Positions 1-14,600 of a DNA stretch of 64,000 nucleotides are shown here, piece after piece (position 1 is the stretch's first letter; the number at the start of each line of letters is the position of its first letter). Source of the stretch: Balanoglossus misakiensis (lineage: Eukaryota > Animalia > Hemichordata); assembly GCA_040954595.2 (NCBI GenBank), contig CM082580.2, positions 1,354,783 through 1,418,782 on the forward strand, in the 5' to 3' direction. The notes below the pieces were generated by a model. That model worked only from the letters and a program-made list of their open reading frames with translations, did not search any database and was not told the DNA's origin. Both the position numbers and the translations under genes were made by a program.

Positions 1-3000
1 AAAGTTTTCCACTACAGACTCTGTAGATCGAGAGATAGTTCTAAAATGTCCATGGTTGCTTCCAAACACAGCCTCGTTTATTTACCGATTTCTGTTGTGA
101 TGCGCATAACACATAGATAGGCCTATGCGCATAAGAACGTTTTCCACTAGACTCTGTAGATCGACGGATAGCTGTAAAATTTCCATGGTTGCTTCCAAAC
201 AGCCTCGTTTATTTACCGATTTCTGTTGTGAGGCGCAGAACACATGATAGGCCTATGCGCATGAGACATTTTTCCACTAGACTCTGTAGATCGACGGATA
301 GTTGTAAAATTTCATGGTTGCTTCCAAATACAGCCTCGTTTATTTACCGATTTCTGTTGTGATGCGCATAACACATTGATAGGCCTATGCGCATAAGAAC
401 GTTTCCACTAGACTTTGTAGATCGACGGATAGTTGTACAATGTCCATGGTTGCTTCCAAACAGCCTCGTTTATTTACCGAATTCTGTTGTGAGGCGCAGA
501 GCACGTAATAGGCCTATGCGCATAAGAAAGTTTTCCACCAGACTCTGTAGATCGACGGATAGTTGTAAAATTTCCATGGTTGCTTCCAAACAGCCTCGTT
601 TATTTACCGATTTCTGTTGTGATGCGCAGAACACATAGATAGGCATATGTGCATAATAAAGTTTTCCACTAGACTCTGTAGATCGAGAGATAGTTCTAAA
701 ATTTCCATGGTTGCTTCCAAACACAGCCTCGTTTGTTTACAAAATTCTGTTGTGATGCGCAGAACACATATATAGGCCTATGCGCATAATAACGTTTTCC
801 ACTAGACTCTGTAGATCGACGGATAGTTGTAAAATTTCCATGGTTGCTTCCAAATAGCCTCGTTTATTTACCGAATTCTGTTGTGAGGCGCAGAACACAT
901 AGATAGGCATATGTGCATAATAAAGTTTTCCACTATAGACTCTGTAGATCGAGAGATAGTTCTAAAATGTCCATGGTTGCTTCCAAACACAGCCTCGTTT
1001 GTTTACAAAATTCTGTTGTGATGCGCAGAACACATATATAGGCCTATGCGCATAAGAACGTTTCCACTAGACTCTGTAGATCGACGGATAGCTGTAAAAT
1101 TTCCATGGTTGCTTCCAAACAGCCTCGTTTATTTACCGAATTCTGTTGTGAGGCGCAGAACACATAGATAGGCATATGTGCATAAGAAAGTTTTCCACTA
1201 CAGACTCTGTAGATGGAGAGATAGTTCTAAAATGTCCATGGTTGCTTCCAAACACAGCCTCGTTTACTTACCGATTTCTGTTGTGATGCGCATAACACAT
1301 AGATAGGCCTATGCGCATAAGAACGTTTTCCACTAGACTCTGTAGATCGACGGATAGTTGTACAATTTCCATGGTTGCTTCCAAACAGCATCGTTTATTT
1401 ACCGAATTCTGTTGTGAGGCGCAGAACACGTAATAGGTCTATGCGCATAACGAAGTTTTCCACCAGACTCTGTAGATCGACGGATAGTTGTAAAATTTCA
1501 TGGTTGCTTCCAAATACAGCCTCGTTTATTTACCGATTTCTGTTGTGATGCGCATAACACATAGATAGGCCTATGCGCATAAGAACGTTTTCCACTAGAC
1601 TCTGTAGATCGACGGATAGTTGTACAATTTCCATGGTTGCTTCCAAACAGCCTCGTTTATTTACCGATTTCTGTTGTGAGGCGCAGAACACATGATAGGC
1701 CTATGCGCATAAGACATTTTTCCACTAGACTCTGTAGATCGACGGATAGTTCTAAAATTTCCATGGTTGCTTCCAAACAGCCTCGTTTATTTACCGAATT
1801 CTGTTGTGAGGCGCAGAGCACGTAATAGGCCTATGCGCATAAGAAAGTTTTCCACCAGACTCCGTAGATCGACGGATAGTTGTAAAATTTCCATGGTTGT
1901 TTCCAAACACAACCTCGTTCATTTACAAAATTCTGTTGTGATGCGCTGAACACATACATATGCCTATGCGCATAAGAAAGTTTCCACTAGACTCTGTAGA
2001 TCGACGGATAGTTCTAAAATTTCCATGATTGCTTCCAAACACATCCTCGATTGTTTACAAAATTCTGTTGTGATGCGCAGAACACATAGATAGGCCTATG
2101 CGCATATGAACGTTTTCCACTATACACTGTAGATCGAGAGATAGTTCTAAAACTTCCATGTTTGCTTCCAAACAGCCTCGTTTATTTGCGGAATTCTGTT
2201 TTGAGGCGCAGAACACATAGATAGGCATATGTGAATAAGAAAGTTTTCCACTATAGACTCTGTAGATCGAGAGATAGTTGTAAAATTTCCATGGTTGCTT
2301 CCAAACAGCCTCGTTTATTTACCGATTTCTGTTGTGAGGCGCAGAACACATAGATAGGCCTATGCGCATAAAAAACTTTTCAACTTTAGATCAACGGATA
2401 GTTCAAAAATTTCCATGGTTGTTTCCAAACAGCCTCGTTTATTTACCGAATTCTGTTGTGATGCGTAGAACACATACATATGCCTATGCGCATAAGAAAG
2501 TTTTCCACCAGACTCTGTAGATCGACGGATAGTTGTAAAATTTCCATGGTTGCTTCCAAACAGCCTCGTTTATTTACCGATTTCTGTTGTGATGCGCAGA
2601 ACACATAGATAGGCATATGTGCATAATAAAGTTTTCCACTAGACTCTGTAGATCGAGAGATAGTTCTAAAATTTCCATGGTTGCTTCCAAACACAGCCTC
2701 GTTTGTTTACAAAATTCTGTTGTGATGCGCAGAACACATATATAGGCCTATGCGCATAATAACGTTTTCCACTAGACTCTGTAGATCGACGGATAGTTGT
2801 AAAATTTCCATGGTTGCTTCCAAACAGCCTCGTTTATTTACCGAATTCTGTTGTGAGGCGCAGAACACATAGATAGGCATATGTGCATAAGAAAGTTTTC
2901 CACTATAGACTCTGTAGATCGAGAGATAGTTCTAAAATGTCCATGGTTGCTTCCAAACACAGCCTCGTTTGTTTACAAAATTCTGTTGTGATGCGCAGAA

Positions 3001-5675
3001 CACATATATAGGCCTATGCGCATAAGACCGTTTCCACTAGACTCTGTAGATCGACGGATAGCTGTAAAATTTCCATGGTTGCTTTTAAACAGCCTCGTTT
3101 ATTTACCGATTTCTGTTGTGAGGCGCAGAACACATAGATAGGCATATGTGCATAAGAAAGTTTTCCACTATAGACTCTGTAGATAGTTCTAAAATGTCCA
3201 TGGTTGCTTCCAAACACAGCCTCGTTTATTTACCGATTTCTGTTGAGATGCGCATAACACATAGATAGGCCTATGCGCATAAGAACGTTTTCCACTAGAC
3301 TCTGTAGATCGACGGATAGTTGTACAATTTCCATGGTTGCTTCCAAACAGCATCGTTTATTTACGGAATTCTGTTGTGAGGCGCAGAACACGTAATAGGT
3401 CTATGCGCATAAGGAAGTTTTCCACCAGACTCTGTAGATCGACGGATAGTTGTTAAATTTCATGGTTGCTTCAAAATACAGCCTCGTTTATTTACCGATT
3501 TCTGTTGTGATGCGCATAACACATAGATAGGCCTATGCGCATAAGAACGTTTTCCACTAGACTCTGTAGATCGACGGATAGTTGTACAATTTCCATGGTT
3601 GCTTCCAAACAGCCTCGTTTATTTACCGATTTCTGTTGTGAGGCGCAGAACACATGACAGGCCTATGCGCATAAGACATTTTTCCACTAGACTCTGTAGA
3701 TCGACGGATAGTTCTAAAATGTCCATGGTTGCTTCCAAACAGCCTCGTTTATTTACCGAATTCTGTTGTGAGGCGCAGAGCACGTAATAGGCCTATGCGC
3801 ATAAGAAAGTTTTCCACCAGACTCCGTAGATCGACGGATAGTTGTAAAATTTCCATGGTTGTTTCCAAACACAGCCTCGTTCATTTACAAAATTCTGTTG
3901 TGATGCGCTGAACACATACATATGCCTATGCGCATAAGAAAGTTTCCCACTAGACTCTGTAGATCGACGGATAGTTCTAAAATTTCCATGATTGCTTCCA
4001 AACACATCCTCGATTGTTTACAAAATTCTGTTGTGATGCGCAGAACACATATATAGGCCTATGCGCATATGAACGTTTTCCACTATACTCCGTAGATCGA
4101 CGGATAGTTCTAAAATTTCCATTGTTGCTTCCAAACAGCCTCGTTTATTTACCGAATTCTGTTGTGAGGCGCAGAACACGTAATAGGCCTATGCGCATAA
4201 GAAACTTTTCAACTTTAGATCGAGAGATAGTTCTAAAATTTCCATGGTTGTTTCCAAACACAGCCTCGTTCATTTACAAAATTCTGTTGTGATGCGCTGA
4301 ACACATACATATGCCTATGCGCATAAGAAAGTTTCCCACTAGACTCTGTAGATCGACGGATAGTTCTAAAATTTCCATGATTGCTTCCAAACACATCCTC
4401 GATTGATTACAAAATTCTGTTGTGATGCGCAGAACACATAGATAGGCCTATGCGCATATGAACGTTTTCCACTATACACTGTAGATCGAGAGATAGTTCT
4501 AAAACTTCCATGTTTGCTTCCAAACAGCCTCGTTTATTTGCGGAATTCTGTTTTGAGGCGCAGAACACATAGATAGGCATATGTGAATAAGAAAGTTTTC
4601 CACTATAGACTCTGTAGATCGAGAGATAGTTGTAAAATTTCCATGGTTGCTTCCAAACAGCCTCGTTTAATTACCGATTTCTGTTGTGAGGCGCAGAACA
4701 CATAGATAGGCCTATGCGCATAAAAAACTTTTCAACTTTAGATCAACGGATAGTTCAAAAATTTCCATGGTTGTTTCCAAACAGCCTCGTTTATTTACCG
4801 AATTCTGTTGTGATGCGTAGAACACATAGATATGCCTATGCGCATAAGAAAGTTTTCCACTAGACTCCGTAGATCGACGAATAGTTCTAAAATGTCCATG
4901 GTTGCTTCCAAACAAAGCCTGGTTTGTTTACAAAATTCTGTTGTGATGCGCAGAACACATAGATAGGCCTATGCGCATATGAACGTTTTCCACTATACTC
5001 TGTAGATCGAGAGTTAGTTCTAAAATTTCCATGTTTGCTTCCAAACAGCCTCGTTTATTTACGGAATTCTGTTTTGAGGCGCAGAACACATAGATAGGCA
5101 TATGTGCATAAGAAAGTTTTCCACTATAGACTCTGTAGATCGAGAGATAGTTCTAAAATGTCCATGGTTGCTTCCAAACACAGCCTCGTTTGTTTACAAA
5201 ATTCTGTTGTGATGCGCAGAACACATATATAGGCCTATGCGCATAATAACGTTTTCCACTAGACTCTGTAGATCGACGGATAGTTGTAAAATTTCCATGG
5301 TTGCTTCCAAACAGCCTCGTTTATTTACCGAATTCTGTTGTGAGGCGCAGAACACATAGATAGGCATATGTGCATAAGAAAGTTTTCCACTATAGACTCT
5401 GTAGATCGAGAGATAGTTCTAAAATGTCCATGGTTGCTACCAAACACAGCCTCGTTTGTTTACAACATTCTGTTGTGATGCGCAGAACACATATATAGGC
5501 CTATGCGCATAAGAACGTTTCCACTAGACTCTGTAGATCGACGGATAGCTGTAAAATTTCTATGGTTGCTTCCAAACAGCCTCGTTTATTTACCGATTTC
5601 TGTTGTGAGGCGCAGAACACATGATAGGCCTATGCGCATGAGACATTTTTCCACTAGACTCTGTAGATCGACGGA
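1..5675. repeat. Satellite A: tandem array of ~130-133-bp monomers (~43 copies), continuing beyond the left window edge
   Basis: TTTCCACTAGACTCTGTAGATCGACGGATAG... recurs at 141 and 271 (period 130) and throughout. The ORF-track hits here are repeated translations of the same unit. Confidence 0.98.
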
Positions 5676-8600
5676 TTTTGAGATTTTGCAAATTCGAAAA
5701 TTTGTCATTTTTTGATGATTTTCACCCATGATTTTTTTCAAAAATCGACGAAATTTTGAGATTTTGCAAAGTCGAAAATTTGTCATTTTTTGATTATTTT
5801 CACCCATGATTTTTTTCAAAAATCGACAAAATTTTTAGATTTTGCAAAGTCGACAATTTGTCATTTTTTGATGATTTTCACCATGATTTTTTTTTAAAAA
5901 ATGACGAAATTTTGAGATTTTGCAAAGACGAAAATTTGTAATTTTTTGATGATTTTCACCCATGATTTTTTTTCAAAAATGTACGAAATTTTGAGATTTT
6001 GCAAAGTCGAAAATTTGTAATTTTTTGATGATTTTCACCCATGATTTTTTTCAAAAATCGACGAAATTTGAGATTTTGCAAAGTCGAAAATTTGTCATTT
6101 TTTGATGATTTTCACCCATGTTTTTTTTCAAAAATCTACGAAATTTTGAGATTTTGCAAAGTCGAAAATTTGTCATTTTTTGATGATTTTCACCCATGAT
6201 TTTTTTCAAAAATCGACAAAATTTTTAGATTTTGCAAAGTCGAAAATTTGTAATTTTTTGATGATTTTTACCCATGATTTTTTTTTTTCAAAAATCGACG
6301 AAATTTTGAGATTTTGCAAAGACGAAAATTTGTAATTTTTTGATGATTTTCACCCATGACTTTTTTTCAAAAATTTACGAAATTTTGAGATTTTGCAAAG
6401 TCGAAAATTTGTCATTTTTTGATGATTTTCACCCATGATTTTTCTCAAAAATCGACGAAATTTTGAGATTTTGCAAAGTCGAAAATTTGTAATTTTTTGA
6501 TGATTTTCACCCATGATTTTTTTTCAAAAATCAACGAACCCATGATTTTTTTTCAAAAATCGACAAAATTTTGAGATTTTGCAAAGTCGAAAATTTGTCA
6601 TTTTTTGATGATTTTCACCCATGATTTTTCTCAAAAATCGACGAAATTTTGAGATTTTGCAAAGTCGAAAATTTGTAATTTTTTGATGATTTTCACCCAT
6701 GATTTTTTTTCAAAAATCGACGAAATTTTGAGATTTTGCAATGTCGAAAATTTGTCATTTATTAATGATTTTCACCCATGATTTTTTTTCAAAAATCGAC
6801 AAATTTTTGAGATTTTGCAAAGTCGAAAATTTGTAATTTTTTGATGATTTTCACCCATGTTTTTTTTCAAAATTGAACGAACCCATGATTTTTTTCAAAA
6901 ATCGACGAAATTTTGAGATTTTGCAAAGTCGAAAATTTGTCATTTTTTGATGATTTTCACCCATGATTTTTTTCAAAAATCGACAAAATTTTGAGATTTT
7001 GCAAAGTCGAAAATTTGTAATTTTTTGATGATTTTTACCCATGATTTTTTTTTTCAAAAATCGACGAAATTTTGAGATTTTGCAAATTCGAAAATTTGTA
7101 ATTTTTTGATGATTTTCACCCTTTTTTTTTTCAAAAATCAACGAACCCATGATTTTTTTTCAAAAATCTACGAAATTTTGAGATTTTGCAAAGTCGAAAA
7201 TTTGTCATTTTTTGATGATTTTCACCCATGATTTTTTTCAAAAATCGACAAAATTTTTAGATTTTGCAAAGTCGAAAATTTGTAATTTTTTGATGATTTT
7301 TACCCATGATTTTTTTTTTCAAAAATCGACGAAATTTTGAGATTTTGCAAAGACGAAAATTTGTAATTTTTTGATGATTTTCACCCATATTTTTTTTCAA
7401 AATTGAACGAACCCATGATTTTTTTCAAAAATCGACGAAATTTTGAGATTTTGCAAAGTCGAAAATTTGTCATTTTTTGATGATTTTCACCCATGATTTT
7501 TTTCAAAAATCGACGAAATTTTGAGATTTTGCAAAGTCGAAAATGTGTCATTTTTTGATGATTTTCACCCATGATTTTTTTCAAAAATCGACAAAATTTT
7601 GAGATTTTGCAAATTCGAAAATTTGTAATTTTTTGATGATTTTCACCCATGTTTTTTTTCAAAAATCAACGAACCCATGATTTTTTTTCAAAAATCGACA
7701 AAATTTTGAGATTTTGCAAAGTCGAAAATTTGTCATTTTTTGATGATTTTCACCCATGATTTTTCTCAAAAATCGACGAAATTTTGCAAAGTCGAAAATT
7801 TGTAATTTTTTGATGATTTTCACCCATGATTTTTTTTCAAAAATCGACGAAATTTTGAGATTTTGCAAAGTCGAAAATTTGTCATTTATTAATGATTTTC
7901 ACCCATGATTTTTTTTCAAAAATCGACAAAATTTTGAGATTTTGCAAAGTCGAAAATTTGTCATTTTTTGATGATTTTCACCCATGATTTTTTTCAAAAA
8001 TCGACGAAATTGTGAGATTTTGCAAAGTCAAAAATTTGTCATTTTTTGATGATTTTCACCCATGTTTTTTTTTAAAAAATCGACGAACCTATGATATTTT
8101 TCAAAATCGACGAAATTTTGAGATTTTGCAAAGTCGAAAATTTGTAATTTTTTGATGATTTTCACCCATGATTTTTTTCAAAAATTGACGAAATTTTTAG
8201 ATTTTGCAAAGTCGAAAATTTGTCATTTTTTGATGATTTTCACCCATGATTTTTTTTCAAAAATCGACGAAATGTTGAGATTTTGCAAAGTCGAAAATTT
8301 GTAATTTTTTGATGATTTTCACCCATGATTTTTTTCAAAAATCGACGAAATTGTGAGATTTTGCAAAGTCGATAATTTGTCATTTTTTGATGATTTTCCC
8401 CCAATATTTTTTTTCAAAATCGACGAAATTTTGAGATTTTGCAAAGTCGAAAATTTGTCATTTTTTGATGATTTTCACCCATGATTTTTTTCAAAAATCG
8501 ACGAAATTTTGAGATTTTGCAAAGTCGAAAATTTGTCATTTTTTGATTATTTTCACCCATGATTTTTTTCAAAAATCGACAAAATTTTTAGATTTTGCAA

Positions 8601-11600
8601 AGTCGACAATTTGTCATTTTTTGATGATTTTCACCATGATTTTTTTTTAAAAAATGACGAAATTTTGAGATTTTGCAAAGACGAAAATTTGTAATTTTTT
8701 GATGATTTTCACCCATGATTTTTTTTCAAAAATGTACGAAATTTTGAGATTTTGCAAAGTCGAAAATTTGTCATTTTTTGATGATTTTCACCCATGATTT
8801 TTTTCAAAAATCGACGAAATTTGAGATTTTGCAAAGTCGAAAATTTGTCATTTTTTGATGATTTTCACCCGTTTTTTTTCAAAAATCTACGAAATTTTGA
8901 GATTTTGCAAAGTCGAAAATTTGTCATTTTTTGATGATTTTCACCCATGATTTTTTTCAAAAATCGACAAAATTTTTAGATTTTGCAAAGTCGAAAATTT
9001 GTAATTTTTTGATGATTTTTACCCATGATTTTTTTTTTTCAAAAATCGACGAAATTTTGAGATTTTGCAAAGACGAAAATTTGTAATTTTTTGATGATTT
9101 TCACCCATGACTTTTTTTCAAAAATTTACGAAATTTTGAGATTTTGCAAAGTCGAAAATTTGTCATTTTTTGATGATTTTCACCCATGATTTTTCTCAAA
9201 AATCGACGAAATTTTGAGATTTTGCAAAGTCGAAAATTTGTAATTTTTTGATGATTTTCACCCATGATTTTTTTTCAAAAATCAACGAACCCATGATTTT
9301 TTTTCAAAAATCGACAAAATTTTGAGATTTTGCAAAGTCGAAAATTTGTCATTTTTTGATGATTTTCACCCATGATTTTTCTCAAAAATCGACGAAATTT
9401 TGAGATTTTGCAAAGTCGAAAATTTGTAATTTTTTGATGATTTTCACCCATGATTTTTTTTCAAAAATCGACGAAATTTTGAGATTTTGCAATGTCGAAA
9501 ATTTGTCATTTATTAATGATTTTCACCCATGATTTTTTTTCAAAAATCGACAAATTTTTGAGATTTTGCAAAGTCGAAAATTTGTAATTTTTTGATGATT
9601 TTCACCCATGTTTTTTTTCAAAATTGAACGATCCCATGATTTTTTTCAAAAATCGACGAAATTTTGAGATTTTGCAAAGTCGAAAATTTGTCATTTTTTG
9701 ATGATTTTCACCCATGATTTTTTTCAAAAATCGACAAAATTTTTAGATTTTGCAAAGTCGAAAATTTGTAATTTTTTGATGATTTTTACCCATGATTTTT
9801 TTTTTCAAAAATCGACGAAATTTTGAGATTTTGCAAATTCGAAAATTTGTAATTTTTTGATGATTTTCACCTTTTTTTTTCAAAAATCAACGAACCCATG
9901 ATTTTTTTTCAAAAATCTACGAAATTTTGAGATTTTGCAAAGTCGAAAATTTGTCATTTTTTGATGATTTTCACCCATGATTTTTTTCAAAAATCGACAA
10001 AATTTTTAGATTTTGCAAAGTCGAAAATTTGTAATTTTTTGATGATTTTTACCCATGATTTTTTTTTTCAAAAATCGACGAAATTTTGAGATTTTGCAAA
10101 GACGAAAATTTGTAATTTTTTGATGATTTTCACCCATATTTTTTTTCAAAATTGAACGAACCCATGATTTTTTTCAAAAATCGACGAAATTTTGAGATTT
10201 TGCAAAGTCGAAAATTTGTCATTTTTTGATGATTTTCACCCATGATTTTTTTCAAAAATCGACAAAATTTTTAGATTTTGCAAAGTCGAAAATTTGTAAT
10301 TTTTTGATGATTTTTACCCATGATTTTTTTTTTTCAAAAATCGACGAAATTTTGAGATTTTGCAAAGACGAAAATTTGTAATTTTTTGATGATTTTCACC
10401 CATGACTTTTTTTCAAAAATTTACGAAATTTTGAGATTTTGCAAAGTCGAAAATTTGTCATTTTTTGATGATTTTCACCCATGATTTTTCTCAAAAATCG
10501 ACGAAATTTTGAGATTTTGCAAAGTCGAAAATTTGTAATTTTTTGATGATTTTCACCCATGATTTTTTTTCAAAAATCAACGAACCCATGATTTTTTTTC
10601 AAAAATCGACAAAATTTTGAGATTTTGCAAAGTCGAAAATTTGTCATTTTTTGATGATTTTCACCCATGATTTTTCTCAAAAATCGACGAAATTTTGAGA
10701 TTTTGCAAAGTCGAAAATTTGTAATTTTTTGATGATTTTCACCCATGATTTTTTTTCAAAAATCGACGAAATTTTGAGATTTTGCAATGTCGAAAATTTG
10801 TCATTTATTAATGATTTTCACCCATGATTTTTTTTCAAAAATCGACAAATTTTTGAGATTTTGCAAAGTCGAAAATTTGTAATTTTTTGATGATTTTCAC
10901 CCATGTTTTTTTTCAAAATTGAACGATCCCATGATTTTTTTCAAAAATCGACGAAATTTTGAGATTTTGCAAAGTCGAAAATTTGTCATTTTTTGATGAT
11001 TTTCACCCATGATTTTTTTCAAAAATCGACAAAATTTTTAGATTTTGCAAAGTCGAAAATTTGTAATTTTTTGATGATTTTTACCCATGATTTTTTTTTT
11101 CAAAAATCGACGAAATTTTGAGATTTTGCAAATTCGAAAATTTGTAATTTTTTGATGATTTTCACCTTTTTTTTTCAAAAATCAACGAACCCATGATTTT
11201 TTTTCAAAAATCTACGAAATTTTGAGATTTTGCAAAGTCGAAAATTTGTCATTTTTTGATGATTTTCACCCATGATTTTTTTCAAAAATCGACAAAATTT
11301 TTAGATTTTGCAAAGTCGAAAATTTGTAATTTTTTGATGATTTTTACCCATGATTTTTTTTTTCAAAAATCGACGAAATTTTGAGATTTTGCAAAGACGA
11401 AAATTTGTAATTTTTTGATGATTTTCACCCATATTTTTTTTCAAAATTGAACGAACCCATGATTTTTTTCAAAAATCGACGAAATTTTGAGATTTTGCAA
11501 AGTCGAAAATTTGTCATTTTTTGATGATTTTCACCCATGATTTTTTTCAAAAATCGACGAAATTTTGAGATTTTGCAAAGTCGAAAATGTGTCATTTTTT

Positions 11601-14600
11601 GATGATTTTCACCCATGATTTTTTTCAAAAATCGACAAAATTTTGAGATTTTGCAAATTCGAAAATTTGTAATTTTTTGATGATTTTCACCCATGTTTTT
11701 TTTCAAAAATCAACGAACCCATGATTTTTTTTCAAAAATCGACAAAATTTTGAGATTTTGCAAAGTCGAAAATTTGTAATTTTTTGATGATTTTCACCAT
11801 GATTTTTTTTTAAAAAATGACGAAATTTTGAGATTTTGCAAAGACGAAAATTTGTAATTTTTTGATGATTTTCACCCATGATTTTTTTTCAAAAATGTAC
11901 GAAATTTTGAGATTTTGCAAAGTCGAAAATTTGTCATTTTTTGATGATTTTCACCCATGATTTTTTTCAAAAATCGACGAAATTTGAGATTTTGCAAAGT
12001 CGAAAATTTGTCATTTTTTGATGATTTTCACCCGTTTTTTTTCAAAAATCTACGAAATTTTGAGATTTTGCAAAGTCGAAAATTTGTCATTTTTTGATGA
12101 TTTTCACCCATGATTTTTTTCAAAAATCGACAAAATTTTTAGATTTTGCAAAGTCGAAAATTTGTAATTTTTTGATGATTTTTACCCATGATTTTTTTTT
12201 TTCAAAAATCGACGAAATTTTGAGATTTTGCAAAGACGAAAATTTGTAATTTTTTGATGATTTTCACCCATGACTTTTTTTCAAAAATTTACGAAATTTT
12301 GAGATTTTGCAAAGTCGAAAATTTGTCATTTTTTGATGATTTTCACCCATGATTTTTCTCAAAAATCGACGAAATTTTGAGATTTTGCAAAGTCGAAAAT
12401 TTGTAATTTTTTGATGATTTTCACCCATGATTTTTTTTCAAAAATCAACGAACCCATGATTTTTTTTCAAAAATCGACAAAATTTTGAGATTTTGCAAAG
12501 TCGAAAATTTGTCATTTTTTGATGATTTTCACCCATGATTTTTCTCAAAAATCGACGAAATTTTGAGATTTTGCAAAGTCGAAAATTTGTAATTTTTTGA
12601 TGATTTTCACCCATGATTTTTTTTCAAAAATCGACGAAATTTTGAGATTTTGCAATGTCGAAAATTTGTCATTTATTAATGATTTTCACCCATGATTTTT
12701 TTTCAAAAATCGACAAATTTTTGAGATTTTGCAAAGTCGAAAATTTGTAATTTTTTGATGATTTTCACCCATGTTTTTTTTCAAAATTGAACGATCCCAT
12801 GATTTTTTTCAAAAATCGACGAAATTTTGAGATTTTGCAAAGTCGAAAATTTGTCATTTTTTGATGATTTTCACCCATGATTTTTTTCAAAAATCGACAA
12901 AATTTTTAGATTTTGCAAAGTCGAAAATTTGTAATTTTTTGATGATTTTTACCCATGATTTTTTTTTTCAAAAATCGACGAAATTTTGAGATTTTGCAAA
13001 TTCGAAAATTTGTAATTTTTTGATGATTTTCACCTTTTTTTTTCAAAAATCAACGAACCCATGATTTTTTTTCAAAAATCTACGAAATTTTGAGATTTTG
13101 CAAAGTCGAAAATTTGTCATTTTTTGATGATTTTCACCCATGATTTTTTTCAAAAATCGACAAAATTTTTAGATTTTGCAAAGTCGAAAATTTGTAATTT
13201 TTTGATGATTTTTACCCATGATTTTTTTTTTCAAAAATCGACGAAATTTTGAGATTTTGCAAAGACGAAAATTTGTAATTTTTTGATGATTTTCACCCAT
13301 ATTTTTTTTCAAAATTGAACGAACCCATGATTTTTTTCAAAAATCGACGAAATTTTGAGATTTTGCAAAGTCGAAAATTTGTCATTTTTTGATGATTTTC
13401 ACCCATGATTTTTTTCAAAAATCGACAAAATTTTTAGATTTTGCAAAGTCGAAAATTTGTAATTTTTTGATGATTTTTACCCATGATTTTTTTTTTTCAA
13501 AAATCGACGAAATTTTGAGATTTTGCAAAGACGAAAATTTGTAATTTTTTGATGATTTTCACCCATGACTTTTTTTCAAAAATTTACGAAATTTTGAGAT
13601 TTTGCAAAGTCGAAAATTTGTCATTTTTTGATGATTTTCACCCATGATTTTTCTCAAAAATCGACGAAATTTTGAGATTTTGCAAAGTCGAAAATTTGTA
13701 ATTTTTTGATGATTTTCACCCATGATTTTTTTTCAAAAATCAACGAACCCATGATTTTTTTTCAAAAATCGACAAAATTTTGAGATTTTGCAAAGTCGAA
13801 AATTTGTCATTTTTTGATGATTTTCACCCATGATTTTTCTCAAAAATCGACGAAATTTTGAGATTTTGCAAAGTCGAAAATTTGTAATTTTTTGATGATT
13901 TTCACCCATGATTTTTTTTCAAAAATCGACGAAATTTTGAGATTTTGCAATGTCGAAAATTTGTCATTTATTAATGATTTTCACCCATGATTTTTTTTCA
14001 AAAATCGACAAATTTTTGAGATTTTGCAAAGTCGAAAATTTGTAATTTTTTGATGATTTTCACCCATGTTTTTTTTCAAAATTGAACGATCCCATGATTT
14101 TTTTCAAAAATCGACGAAATTTTGAGATTTTGCAAAGTCGAAAATTTGTCATTTTTTGATGATTTTCACCCATGATTTTTTTCAAAAATCGACAAAATTT
14201 TTAGATTTTGCAAAGTCGAAAATTTGTAATTTTTTGATGATTTTTACCCATGATTTTTTTTTTCAAAAATCGACGAAATTTTGAGATTTTGCAAATTCGA
14301 AAATTTGTAATTTTTTGATGATTTTCACCTTTTTTTTTCAAAAATCAACGAACCCATGATTTTTTTTCAAAAATCTACGAAATTTTGAGATTTTGCAAAG
14401 TCGAAAATTTGTCATTTTTTGATGATTTTCACCCATGATTTTTTTCAAAAATCGACAAAATTTTTAGATTTTGCAAAGTCGAAAATTTGTAATTTTTTGA
14501 TGATTTTTACCCATGATTTTTTTTTTCAAAAATCGACGAAATTTTGAGATTTTGCAAAGACGAAAATTTGTAATTTTTTGATGATTTTCACCCATATTTT

